A DNA stretch of 64,000 nucleotides from Collinsella sp. (GTDB lineage Bacteria > Actinomycetota > Coriobacteriia > Coriobacteriales > Coriobacteriaceae): the NCBI GenBank assembly GCA_019413925.1, contig DXMY01000031.1, positions 5,427 to 69,426 on the forward strand, written 5' to 3'. This document shows, one piece after another, positions 8,124-17,529 of this stretch. The translations under genes and the position numbers were made by a program. The notes below the pieces were generated by a model, which worked only from the letters and a program-made list of their open reading frames with translations, was not told where the DNA came from and made no database searches. How positions within the stretch are numbered: position 1 is the first letter of the stretch; each line of letters starts with the position of its first letter.

Positions 8124-10805
8124 CTAGTCCTCGAGCAGGTCCTCGATAAAGCCGACGCGGTAGTTTTTGAAGATGACCTCGCCGCCGTCTTGCGTGGCGT
8201 CCAGATCGACATCGCCCATGATGCCAAAGTCGTGGTCGCCATCCTCGTCGGCAAAGATCTGGTGCACGTGCCATACGTGCGCGGTCTTCTCGTCGGACTC
8301 ATCGATGGAAAACATCGCGGCGCTGCGGGCATCTCCGTCGGTGAGGATTTCCTCGTGCTGCTCGTGGTAAGCGTCGAGTGCTTTTTGCCAGCGGATCTCG
8401 CTCATGCCCCAGTCGTCGTCGAGCTCGCCCAGGTCGCGAACGTGCTCGCGGGCGGCAAGGGTCACGCGGCGGAAGAGCGCGTTGCGCACCAACAGCGTGC
8501 AGCCGCGGCGGTCCGCCACGACCTCGTCGATGCCCTGCGGCGGCGTGGTGTCGAGGGCTGCCGGGTTGCCAGCGTTCTCCCACTCGTCCACCAGGCTCGA
8601 GTCGACCGAGCGCACCACAAAGCCCAGCCACGAGATAATGTCGCGCAGGCGCTCGTCGCGCTTCTCGATGGGTACGGTGCGGTCGAGCGAACGGTAGGCC
8701 TCTGCCAGGTAGCGCAGCAAAATACCCTCGGAGCGGGCGATGCCGAGCTTTTGAATGTAGCCCTTAAAATCGCTCGCGCTTTCCAGCATATCGCGCAGAA
8801 CGCTCTTGGGAGAGAGCTGATAGTCGTTTGCCCAGGGTACTTCCTGGCAGTACTTGTCAAAAGCGGCGTCGAGCAAATTCTCGAGCGGCTTTTCGTACGT
8901 GACGTCTTGAATGCGCTCCAGACGCTCCTCATATTCGATGCCGTCGGCCTTCATCTCGGCCATAGCGCGATCGCGTGCTGCGCGCTCCTGTGCGCGCAGC
9001 ACCTGCTTGGGATCCTCGAGCGTTGCCTCGACCATTGAGATTAAGTCCATGGTATAGGTCTCGCTCTCGGGATCGAGCAGCTCCAACGCGGCAAGCAAGA
9101 ACGGCGAGAGCGGCTGATCGAGCGCGAAGTCCTCGGGCAGATCGACCGTCAGCGCATAGTCGATGTCTGGTGCGGCGTCAGCCGGGGCATCGGGTGCGGG
9201 CGGCACCTCGGCGCGCACGACGACGCCGGAATCGATGAGCGTGGCGAAGATTTCGTCGGCGCGAACCTCGAGTTTTGCCTTTTCCTCTGGCGTTTGCAGG
9301 CTTGTCTCGATGAGGTCGTGCACGCGGGCGCGAGCATCGCCGCCCTGCTCGACCACGCTAATCACCATGGAGTGTGTGATGCGCAGGCGCGGCTTGAGCG
9401 TCTCGGGCTGCGTCTCGATCAGGCGCTCAAAGGTCTGCTTGTTCCAGGTGACAAAGCCCTCGGGGGCCTTTTTCTTTTTAATCTTACGGAGTTTTTTGGG
9501 GTCGTCGCCTGCTTTGGTCATAAGCTTGGCATTCTCGATCTCGTGCTCGGGTGCCTCGGCAATCACCATGCCCTCGGTATCGAAGCCCGAGCGGCCGGCA
9601 CGACCGGCAATCTGATGGAACTCACGGGCGCGCAGACGACGCATCTTGTAGCCATCGAACTTGGTGAGCGCGGTGAGGACCACGGTGTGGATGGGTACGT
9701 TGATGCCGACGCCGAGCGTATCAGTACCGCAGATGACGGGCAGCAGGCCCTGCTGTGCCAAGCGCTCGACCAGCAGGCGATAGCGCGGCAACATGCCAGC
9801 ATGGTGCACGCCGACGCCGCAGCCGAGCAAGCGCTTGAGGATCTTGCCGAAGGCCGTCGAGAAGCTCGTTCCCTTTGCCGCTTCTTTGATGGCTTCGCGC
9901 TGCTCCTTGCTGGCGATGCCAAAATTGGCGAGCGACTGCGCCGTCGCAAGGGCGGCATCCTGGCTAAAGTGCACGATATAGAGCGGGGCCTCGCCACGGC
10001 GCATGGCGAGCTCGACGGTGCCCTCGAGGGAGGTCGTCACATAGTCGTAGCTCAGCGGAACAGGACGCGGGGCGTCGACAACCAAGTCGCAAGCAGCGCC
10101 GGTGTGCTCCTCGAGTGAGGCGGCGATGGCAGTGACATCGCCGAGCGTGGCGCTCATGAGCATAAACTGCGTGTGGGGCAGGGTGAGCAACGGCACCTGC
10201 CAGGCCCAACCGCGATCGGGGTCGGCAAAGTAGTGGAACTCATCCATGGCCACGCAGCCCACATCGGCGTCCTCACCCTCGCGCAGCGCATCGTTAGCAA
10301 GGATTTCGGCCGTGCAGCAGATGACGGGTGCCTTGGTGTTGATATGCGTGTCGCCGGTGATCATGCCGACGTTATCGCGGCCGAGCACCTGCACAAGGTC
10401 GAAGAACTTTTCGCTGACCAGGGCCTTGATGGGGGCCGTGTAATAACAACGCTTACCCTGCGCCATGCCCATAAAGAGCATGCCCAGCGCGACGAGCGAT
10501 TTACCCGATCCGGTCGGTGTGCCTAAGATGACGTGATCGCCGGCAGCCAGGTCCATGAGGGCCTCTTCTTGGTGATCCCACAGTTCAATACCGCGATCGC
10601 TCGTCCATTCAAAGAAACGCTCGAAGGCCTGGTCGGGCGTGAGCCATGGCTCGGGCTCACTGCCATCCTCGGGCTCCCACCAGGTGGGGGAGAGCGCGCC
10701 GAGCGAGCCAAACTTGGCTTCGGTTCCCGTGCCGCCCGAGAATGAGCTGGCGGCGCCGGCGCCGGAGACGGTGCTGGCGGCGGTATCTGTCGTGGTCTGT
10801 GCCAT
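8124..10805 (-). CDS. Ski2-like DEAD/DEAH-box helicase with long C-terminal extension (DUF3516-type)
   Basis: GTPTGSGKSL (motif I), MDEFHYFADPDRGWAW (motif II), SATL, QIAGRAGRSG (motif VI). About 400-aa C-terminal region as in actinobacterial DUF3516 helicases. Confidence 0.88.
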   Translation of the reverse strand: MAQTTTDTAASTVSGAGAASSFSGGTGTEAKFGSLGALSPTWWEPEDGSEPEPWLTPDQAFERFFEWTSDRGIELWDHQEEALMDLAAGDHVILGTPTGSGKSLVALGMLFMGMAQGKRCYYTAPIKALVSEKFFDLVQVLGRDNVGMITGDTHINTKAPVICCTAEILANDALREGEDADVGCVAMDEFHYFADPDRGWAWQVPLLTLPHTQFMLMSATLGDVTAIAASLEEHTGAACDLVVDAPRPVPLSYDYVTTSLEGTVELAMRRGEAPLYIVHFSQDAALATAQSLANFGIASKEQREAIKEAAKGTSFSTAFGKILKRLLGCGVGVHHAGMLPRYRLLVERLAQQGLLPVICGTDTLGVGINVPIHTVVLTALTKFDGYKMRRLRAREFHQIAGRAGRSGFDTEGMVIAEAPEHEIENAKLMTKAGDDPKKLRKIKKKKAPEGFVTWNKQTFERLIETQPETLKPRLRITHSMVISVVEQGGDARARVHDLIETSLQTPEEKAKLEVRADEIFATLIDSGVVVRAEVPPAPDAPADAAPDIDYALTVDLPEDFALDQPLSPFLLAALELLDPESETYTMDLISMVEATLEDPKQVLRAQERAARDRAMAEMKADGIEYEERLERIQDVTYEKPLENLLDAAFDKYCQEVPWANDYQLSPKSVLRDMLESASDFKGYIQKLGIARSEGILLRYLAEAYRSLDRTVPIEKRDERLRDIISWLGFVVRSVDSSLVDEWENAGNPAALDTTPPQGIDEVVADRRGCTLLVRNALFRRVTLAAREHVRDLGELDDDWGMSEIRWQKALDAYHEQHEEILTDGDARSAAMFSIDESDEKTAHVWHVHQIFADEDGDHDFGIMGDVDLDATQDGGEVIFKNYRVGFIEDLLED

Positions 10806-10903
10806 GTGTTTGCTTTCTCTCGCGATTGTCCGCCAACTATTATGGCGTAGCGGCGGCGCGGGGCGGCAGCGCGCGAGAAAATGCAGGAAATGGGCGTGCG
10901 GTG

Positions 10904-11743
10904 CTAGCGTTCCTGAGGCAGGCGCTTCTTGCCTTTCCGGGCACGGTTTCTAAAGATCTCGACGGCCTCTTCCATGCCGAGAGGCACGTAGGTGAGTTCA
11001 TCGAGGTTATCGGGCAGGTAGCACGCAAGGCTTTGCTCCTGCATGCGGCCTACTGTGAGTTGTTCGTCGGTTGGCTGTGCTCCGGGTGTGGCGCATATGC
11101 CATAGACGGCGGCGCCCATTTCGCGCGTGCGGCGTTCATATTCGGTCTCGGGATGCTCGGGATGGTCGCGGCGGACGTCGTCACTTACCCAAAGCGTATC
11201 GTAGCCGGCCGCGGCAAACTGTCTCAGGGCGTAATCGCGCAATGGCTTGCTGTCGGTGCGCAGCGTGACGGTAGCGCTGGCTGCAAAGAGCGGGCGATAG
11301 AGCATTAGATGGTCGACATGGACGAGTCGTTTTTTGGCGTACTTGGCCTTGGGCTGCGGCGTGGGAAAGTTAATGGTGATGGCATCGAGCTCGCCTGCGG
11401 CAAACAGCTGCGGCAGCGATACGGCGCCTCGGGGCAGGACGAGTGCATTGGAAAGCTCCTGCTCGCAGATTTTCTGTGCGGCATAGGCGATGCAGATGGG
11501 TTCCTGGTCCATGCCGATAAAGAGGGTGTTTGGCTCGTGGGCCGCACGCTCTACAAGGTACGTTCCCTTGCCACAGCCAAGATCCAGGTGAAGGTGTTCG
11601 AAGGGCTTGCTGTCAACTGGCGCGCAAGCCTCGCGCCAATCTCCGGCATAGGCCTCGGGGTTCGTCTCAATCGCATCGGCGTAGCGCTCCAAGCGCTCCT
11701 CGAGCACAAAGTTTTTAGGCGTGCGAACATGGACGGCTCCCAT
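10904..11743 (-). CDS. trmB: tRNA (guanine46-N7)-methyltransferase TrmB-like
   Basis: LDLGCGKGTYL SAM motif and INFPTPQPKAKYAKKRL (compare FPDPWPK..H.KRR of TrmB). About 50-aa C-terminal extension. Confidence 0.75.
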   Translation of the reverse strand: MGAVHVRTPKNFVLEERLERYADAIETNPEAYAGDWREACAPVDSKPFEHLHLDLGCGKGTYLVERAAHEPNTLFIGMDQEPICIAYAAQKICEQELSNALVLPRGAVSLPQLFAAGELDAITINFPTPQPKAKYAKKRLVHVDHLMLYRPLFAASATVTLRTDSKPLRDYALRQFAAAGYDTLWVSDDVRRDHPEHPETEYERRTREMGAAVYGICATPGAQPTDEQLTVGRMQEQSLACYLPDNLDELTYVPLGMEEAVEIFRNRARKGKKRLPQER

Positions 11744-11860
11744 GGGGCTCCTTGGTCATAAGTATGGAACGTATAGCTGCACGTTCCGTCAATGGGTTGA
11801 AAAAAGTGGGCATAGTTTGCCCGAAAGGCGTGGTGCGGCTCGGCGGCGAGTCGTCGGTGC

Positions 11861-12733
11861 CTACAGACGCTTGAGAATCACATAGCGGTTGAGCTCGCCG
11901 CTGCGACCGTCGGCGTGGAAACGCTCGAGCTCGCGTACGGGAACCTCGCCGCTCTTGTAGAACGTACGGACGCCGCGCACCAGGTCGGTGATCTGCTGGT
12001 CGTCAAAGTGATGGCAATAGCGGTAGGCGTGGCGGTCGTTTTGCCAGCCAATGAGGTGGTCGCCGGCTTCGAACTGTGCGGAATCGTAACCCTCAAACGG
12101 CGGGGTGAGCTCGGCGCGGGCCTCGGCGCGAACGGCTTTGCGCGCCATGCGCTCGTCGTTCATAAACTCCCAAAAGCTGATGGCGATGATGCCGCCCGGG
12201 CGCGTCTGGCGCACCAGGGCGTCGAGCACGCGTACGCGGTACTCGCACGACGGCACGTGGTGCATAAAACCAAAGCAGACCGAGATGTCGGCGAGCGGGG
12301 CGTCGAAAAGCACGTCGGGTGTCTCGGCGGGGTTGAGCTTCATGAGGGCATCGAGCACGTCGAGTTCCTGGAAGTGCAGGTTGGGAATGCGCAGGGCGTG
12401 ACCGTGCGCATCGATAGCCAAATCCTGACACGAGTCAACACCATAGAACTCAAACGGGCAGCTGGCGTCTGCCGAGGGGTTTGCGCCATCGACGCCCTTG
12501 GCGGCAAGTGCGCCGCCGGCGGCAAAGTTCTCGAATCGCATATTGCCACAGGCAAGATCGAAGACGCGGACGGGATGCTCGATCGTGGCGACGTCGAGCT
12601 GTTCGAGCGCGATATCCATGGTGCGCACCCAGCCGGGCCACGGGGCCTGGCGCGTATCGGAAAAGGAGGCGGAGTGCTCGCGATAGAACGTGTTGTTGAG
12701 CTGGATGAGCGACGAGGCGAAATCGCGGTTCAC
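11861..12733 (-). CDS. Trm9/ALKBH8-like class I SAM methyltransferase
   Basis: FYREHSASFSDTRQAPWPGW matches the Trm9/ALKBH8 signature (V)Y..IA.HFS.TR..PWP. Also DLACGN motif I, YRYCHHFDDQQITDL (compare HRYYHVFREGEL) and C-terminal ELNRYVILKRL (compare GNWCVILQK). GTG at 12733 has GGAGGGAG 9 nt upstream. Alternative ATG at 12781. Confidence 0.7.
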   Translation of the reverse strand: MNRDFASSLIQLNNTFYREHSASFSDTRQAPWPGWVRTMDIALEQLDVATIEHPVRVFDLACGNMRFENFAAGGALAAKGVDGANPSADASCPFEFYGVDSCQDLAIDAHGHALRIPNLHFQELDVLDALMKLNPAETPDVLFDAPLADISVCFGFMHHVPSCEYRVRVLDALVRQTRPGGIIAISFWEFMNDERMARKAVRAEARAELTPPFEGYDSAQFEAGDHLIGWQNDRHAYRYCHHFDDQQITDLVRGVRTFYKSGEVPVRELERFHADGRSGELNRYVILKRL

Positions 12734-13000
12734 GGCGCGGAACTCCCTCCGTTGGCGGTGTGGAATAAACAGTACGACCATACTACCGTTAACGCCGCAA
12801 CGGGGACAACCGAGCTGAGGGTCATTGCTTTGTTTGGACACATTTCCGCAGCTCATATGCACCCGCAACCGACGGTTGTCAAAAATCTCACTAGAATAGG
12901 TGGCATGCTTTTGGCGGTGGCGGATAGATTTTTAACTGTGCAAGGCGCCTTAAGAACAAAAACGGTCCGGCGGCACGGCTGGCATCACATAGGAGGAACC

Positions 13001-13723
13001 ATGAATGTAGAAACTGCGCAGCGGCTCGCCGACCTTCGCCGAAGCAAAGGCTTTAGCCAAGAAGGGCTGGCACGAAAGCTGGGACTGTCGCGCCAAGCAG
13101 TCAGTAAATGGGAGCGCGCGGAGAGCTCGCCCGATACCGAGAACCTGATCTCGCTCGCCAAGCTCTATGGTGTGAGCTTGGACGAGCTGCTCAATCCGAG
13201 CGATGAGATTGAGGACGATATCGAGTTTGAGAACGAGGACCGTGCCCGTCAGCGCGAGGCCGAGGCGGCAGATCGCGCCCGTACCCATGAGGCGGCGGCA
13301 CGTGCAACCGAGGCGGCAACACAGGCGAGTGACGCCGCCGCCAAGGCGGCGCAAGCGGCAAGCTGGAGTGCGCAGGCCGCCAATGCCGCTACGGCGCAGG
13401 CGACGAGTGGCAGCGCAGTTGGCTCGACTCCGGTGAAGGGCCCGTTCCAGTCGTTCCCGTATTGGGCCGTGTGCTGGCTGCTGTTCTTTTTGCTGATGTT
13501 CCTGTTTGGTGCCGGCCCCTTTGCCGCACTGATCTTCTTTACGATTCCCATCTATCACTGGGTGGCGCGTGCGCTCGATGGCGATTGGGCGCGCGGGGAT
13601 ATTCAGGTTGGTTCGGCGTCGGTGGCGGTCAAGGCCCAGGGGAAGGATACTTCTGCGGAATCTGATGCTGACGTGGCTACCGCGACTACCGCTGAGCCGA
13701 TTGCCAAAGAGAGTAATGAATGA
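13001..13723 (+). CDS. XRE-family HTH regulator with Ala-rich linker and C-terminal transmembrane segments
   Basis: AGGAGG at 12991, ATG at 13001. LRRSKGFSQEGLARKLGLSRQAVSKWE HTH. C-terminal FPYWAVCWLLFFLLMFLFGAGPFAALIFFTIPIY. The upstream 362 codons of the 602-aa track ORF are antisense to the Trm9-like gene. Confidence 0.85.
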   Translation: MNVETAQRLADLRRSKGFSQEGLARKLGLSRQAVSKWERAESSPDTENLISLAKLYGVSLDELLNPSDEIEDDIEFENEDRARQREAEAADRARTHEAAARATEAATQASDAAAKAAQAASWSAQAANAATAQATSGSAVGSTPVKGPFQSFPYWAVCWLLFFLLMFLFGAGPFAALIFFTIPIYHWVARALDGDWARGDIQVGSASVAVKAQGKDTSAESDADVATATTAEPIAKESNE

Positions 13724-14619
13724 TGAAGCTTTCGCATGAATCCAAGGTACGCTTGGGCGTTGGCATCGGAGCGTTTGTGCTCATCATCGGGCTTGTCTTT
13801 GGCATTTCGCGGACTTTGATTTATTTTGATGGCCCGTGGGATCTCGACGATGTTGTATCCGGCTTCTCTGGTATGGACGATGCGGTTGACGAGGACGATC
13901 TTTTGGATGGCGGTAACTATTCCGCTCAGCCTCAGCAGCTTTCGAGCGAAACCTTTGATGCCGACGCGTTCACATCGCTTGACTTGGACGTGACGTCGGG
14001 CACGGTCGAGGTCAAACACGTCTCCAGCGGGCCAGTGCGCGTAATTGAAAGCGGTCGCGTGGCAACGGGGACCGTTGCCTTCGATGCGGCAACCCAGAAC
14101 CTGGCCGAAATCAAGGGCTCTACGCTCAAGATTCGCCAGTTCGATTGCGATGACGAGCGCGCCATTGACCGCACGGTTACCGTCGAACTGCCGCGCGAAG
14201 TTGCCGATAACATGGTGGGCATTACAGCGAATGTAGGATCGGGTGACCTGACGGTCGCGGGTATTGCGTGTCATGACCTTAACCTGACTTTGGACTCTGG
14301 AGACGTTGAGTTTACGGGCACCGTGACCGATACCCTGAATGCCGAGGTCGGTTCGGGCGATGTGACGTTCGAGCTCTACCAGGCCCCCGCGAAGTCGATG
14401 GACGTGAGTGTGGGCTCGGGCGATGTGGAGATGACGGTTCCGAACTCGACGGGCTTTAAGGCGAGCCTCACCTTGGGCAGCGGCGACTTTGAGAGCGATT
14501 TCCTTCCGCTTGGCTACGACGGCGAGACCATTTTGAATCTTGAATTCGATAACGGCGATAAGTCTGCTACGTATCGTTTTGAGGTCGGTTCGGGCGACAT
14601 GTCGTTTGATCCGGAGTGA
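13720..14619 (+). CDS. DUF4097-type beta-strand repeat protein with N-terminal membrane anchor
   Basis: ATGA overlap with the XRE gene. Six GSGD[LVFM]/DSGDV repeats about 20 residues apart, typical of DUF4097. Confidence 0.85.
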   Translation: MMKLSHESKVRLGVGIGAFVLIIGLVFGISRTLIYFDGPWDLDDVVSGFSGMDDAVDEDDLLDGGNYSAQPQQLSSETFDADAFTSLDLDVTSGTVEVKHVSSGPVRVIESGRVATGTVAFDAATQNLAEIKGSTLKIRQFDCDDERAIDRTVTVELPREVADNMVGITANVGSGDLTVAGIACHDLNLTLDSGDVEFTGTVTDTLNAEVGSGDVTFELYQAPAKSMDVSVGSGDVEMTVPNSTGFKASLTLGSGDFESDFLPLGYDGETILNLEFDNGDKSATYRFEVGSGDMSFDPE

Positions 14620-14666
14620 CATGCGGTTTTCGGAGATCGGTACATATAGGCATGCTCTTTGATGGA

Positions 14667-14705
14667 GGCGCCGGAGCCGTGACGGGCTTCGGCGCCTTTG
14701 CCTTT
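14667..14705 (+). terminator. Intrinsic terminator after the DUF4097 gene
   Basis: GGCGCCGGAGCC / GGCTTCGGCGCC (11 bp + G.U) followed by TTTGCCTTT. Confidence 0.55.
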
Positions 14706-14716
14706 ACAATGGGGAC

Positions 14717-16624
14717 ATGGAACAGATTATCTTGAACATACTCGAGGCTCTGCGTCGCGGCGAGACCGTGGACGACAAAGCGCTCGTCAAACTGATACAT
14801 GCCGAGGCGCGCCGTGAGGGTGCCGACAAACGCGATTTGGCCAAGCGCCGTCTGCTGCCGTTCTACCAGCGGGTTAAACGTGAGGAGCCGGTTCGGTGGG
14901 CTGCGTGGAATGTCGATTCCGATTTGGAGCGTCAACTGCTGCAGGTCCTGCGTATGAAGCCGCGCCGAACGGCCTCGGGCGTGGCGACCATTACCGTCAT
15001 TACCAAGCCCTGGCCATGCTCGGGCGATTGCCTGTTTTGCCCCAACGATCTGCGCATGCCCAAAAGCTATCTGCACGCCGAGCCGGCGTGCGCCCGTGCG
15101 GAGCAAAACTGCTTCGACCCGTATCTGCAGGTGAGCGCTCGTCTGACCGCGCTTTCGCAGATGGGACATGCGACCGACAAGATAGAGCTCATTGTGCTCG
15201 GCGGTACCTGGAGCGACTATCCGCAAGGGTATCAGACGTGGTTTATGTCGGAGCTTTTCCGTGCGCTCAATGACGATGCCGTCGCCGGTGTGGCGGCAAA
15301 CCCCATGTTGGCGCGTCCGGGCATCAGCCGTGCCGAGGCAGGGCGCCTGCTCGATGACGCTCCCGCCGATGCCCTGCCGCCGGTGGTAACAGAGCGCCGC
15401 GAGCGCTATCGGGCTGCCGGCATTGCGACCGACGAGGCCGAGCTTGCGAGCGGCGTTGCCGACGAGCAGGGGCGTGTGGATGCTGTCGTTGGTGGCTATA
15501 ACCGCGCAGTGCGTCGTCTGTACGGCCCCGGTACGCCATGGGGCGAGGCTGCCGAGTGGCAGACGGCAACGATGGAGGAGCTTGAGCGTCAGCAGCGCAT
15601 CAACGAGACGGCGAAGCATCGCGTGGTGGGGCTCGTTATCGAGACCCGCCCCGATGCCGTGACGCCACAGGCGCTCACGCTCATTCGTCGTCTGGGCTGC
15701 ACCAAGATTCAGATGGGTATCCAGAGTCTCGACCAGCACCTGCTCGATATCAACGAGCGTCGCATTTCGGTGGCTCAGATCGAGCAGGCGTTTTCGCTTG
15801 CGCGCCTCTTTGGCTTTAAGATCCATGCGCATTTTATGCTCAACTTATTGGGCGCCACACCCGAGGGGGACAAGCGCGACTACGAGCGCTTTATGACCGA
15901 AGGGGCCTTTATGCCCGACGAGGTCAAGGTCTACCCGTGCGCGCTCATCGAGGGCTCGCGTCTGGTGGGCTGTTACGAGCGCGGCGAGTGGCGTCCCTAT
16001 ACCGAGGAAGAACTGCTCGATGTGTTAGCCGACGACATCGTGGTGACGCCGCCGTTCTGCCGTATCAGCCGCATGATCCGCGATTTTAGCTCCGATGACA
16101 TCATGGTGGGCAACAAGAAGCCCAACCTGCGCCAGCTCGTTGAGAACCGCCTGGCTGCTCGGGGTGATGGTGCGACGGTGCGTGAGATTCGCTATCGCGA
16201 GATCAGCACGGCGGGTGCCGACTTGGATGAGCTATCTCTTGATGAGGAAGTGGCGTACGAGACGCCGGTGACGCACGAGCGCTTTTTGCAGTGGGTGACG
16301 CCGCAGGGCAAGATCGCGGGCTTTTTGCGTCTGTCTCTGCCCGATCGTGCTTTTGTTGCCGCGCATGCGGATGAGTTGCCGACGACACCGGACGAGGCGA
16401 TGATTCGCGAGGTGCACGTGTATGGCATGGCGGCGCGCGTGGGAGATCAAGGCCAGGCAGCCCAGCACCATGGATTGGGGCGTTTGCTCGTAGAGCGTGC
16501 GTGCGAGATTGCCCGGGATGCGGGTTATACGCGTATCAACGTGATTAGCGCAATCGGTACGCGCGAGTACTATCGCCATTTGGGTTTTTGCGACCATGGA
16601 CTCTATCTGCAAAAGGAGCTCTAG
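14717..16624 (+). CDS. elp3: Elp3-type radical-SAM/GNAT tRNA wobble-uridine modification enzyme
   Basis: CSGDCLFCP CxxxCxxC cluster, central radical-SAM barrel blocks and a C-terminal GNAT block QHHGLGRLLVERACEIARDAGY. 635 aa, the usual Elp3 size. Confidence 0.88.
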   Translation: MEQIILNILEALRRGETVDDKALVKLIHAEARREGADKRDLAKRRLLPFYQRVKREEPVRWAAWNVDSDLERQLLQVLRMKPRRTASGVATITVITKPWPCSGDCLFCPNDLRMPKSYLHAEPACARAEQNCFDPYLQVSARLTALSQMGHATDKIELIVLGGTWSDYPQGYQTWFMSELFRALNDDAVAGVAANPMLARPGISRAEAGRLLDDAPADALPPVVTERRERYRAAGIATDEAELASGVADEQGRVDAVVGGYNRAVRRLYGPGTPWGEAAEWQTATMEELERQQRINETAKHRVVGLVIETRPDAVTPQALTLIRRLGCTKIQMGIQSLDQHLLDINERRISVAQIEQAFSLARLFGFKIHAHFMLNLLGATPEGDKRDYERFMTEGAFMPDEVKVYPCALIEGSRLVGCYERGEWRPYTEEELLDVLADDIVVTPPFCRISRMIRDFSSDDIMVGNKKPNLRQLVENRLAARGDGATVREIRYREISTAGADLDELSLDEEVAYETPVTHERFLQWVTPQGKIAGFLRLSLPDRAFVAAHADELPTTPDEAMIREVHVYGMAARVGDQGQAAQHHGLGRLLVERACEIARDAGYTRINVISAIGTREYYRHLGFCDHGLYLQKEL

Positions 16625-17503
16625 ATGAACAAGCCGAGTGTTTCTGCCGGCGTCGTTGCCGGTGTTGCTCTGGGAGCCGCGGCGCTTGGTGCGGCCGCTG
16701 TCGCTGTTCGTGCTGCCTGTCTGCAGGTTGCGCGAACCCGCAATGGGTTGGCGCGTGTGAAACGCGTGCACGATGAGGGCGGCGACGAGATTCGCGTGTT
16801 GGTGCAAGGCAGCGTCTACCAAAGCGCAAGTTACGTTGGTGAGCGTTGGGCGGAGCCCGTCTTTGCGTACTATCGTGCGTTTGACGACGTGTTTGAGTCC
16901 GAGGATGCGATGCGTGATGCTTATGGTCACGATATCAACCGCATGCTTGTGCTGGGTGGCGGCGGGTTTGCCTATCCCAAGTTCGCGCTGATGTCGCACG
17001 AGGGCTTGCGCATGGACGTCATCGAGTATGACGGAGAGATTACGCGCCTGGCGCGCCGCTGGTTCTATCTGGACGAGCTGGAGTGCACGGCGGGCGATCG
17101 CCTGCGGGTGATAACCGCTGAGGCTCGCTCTTATCTGGGCGTGACGAGTGTTGGTCATCGTCACTACGACGTGGTCGTGAGCGATTGCTTTGGCGGTGCC
17201 GAGCCCGTACGCGAGCTGGCGACGGTTGAGGCGTTGCGTTTGGTGCGGGGCAGCCTAAATGTCGGTGGCGTCTACGTTGCCAATATCGTAAGCACAAACG
17301 AGGGGAGCGATGTGACGTTCCTGCGCGACTGCGCTGCCACGGCACTCGAGGTATTCGCCCATGTCTGGGTGGTCCCCTGTGGCGATGCGGAGTTCGGCGG
17401 CGAGGAGAACTACCTGCTCATCGCCAGCGACGGCGACTATGTCTTTGCCGAAGCCGTGCCCTTCGACGCCGACTTCCTCGGCACCGCCCTTCACGACAAG
17501 TAA
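16625..17503 (+). CDS. Membrane-anchored spermidine-synthase-fold (class I methyltransferase-like) protein
   Basis: ATG immediately follows the elp3 TAG. N-terminal hydrophobic helix. VLGGGGFAYP, DVIEYDGEI and DVVVSDCF blocks resemble spermidine synthase-like proteins. Confidence 0.75.
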   Translation: MNKPSVSAGVVAGVALGAAALGAAAVAVRAACLQVARTRNGLARVKRVHDEGGDEIRVLVQGSVYQSASYVGERWAEPVFAYYRAFDDVFESEDAMRDAYGHDINRMLVLGGGGFAYPKFALMSHEGLRMDVIEYDGEITRLARRWFYLDELECTAGDRLRVITAEARSYLGVTSVGHRHYDVVVSDCFGGAEPVRELATVEALRLVRGSLNVGGVYVANIVSTNEGSDVTFLRDCAATALEVFAHVWVVPCGDAEFGGEENYLLIASDGDYVFAEAVPFDADFLGTALHDK

Positions 17504-17529
17504 GTCTCTCCGTCCCAAAAAGACTGGTC

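Noticed and set aside
11915-13000. N-terminal 362 codons of the 602-aa plus-strand ORF
   Set aside because: This part is antisense to the Trm9-like gene. A convincing AGGAGG + ATG at 13001 starts the recognisable HTH domain, so only 13001-13723 is called.
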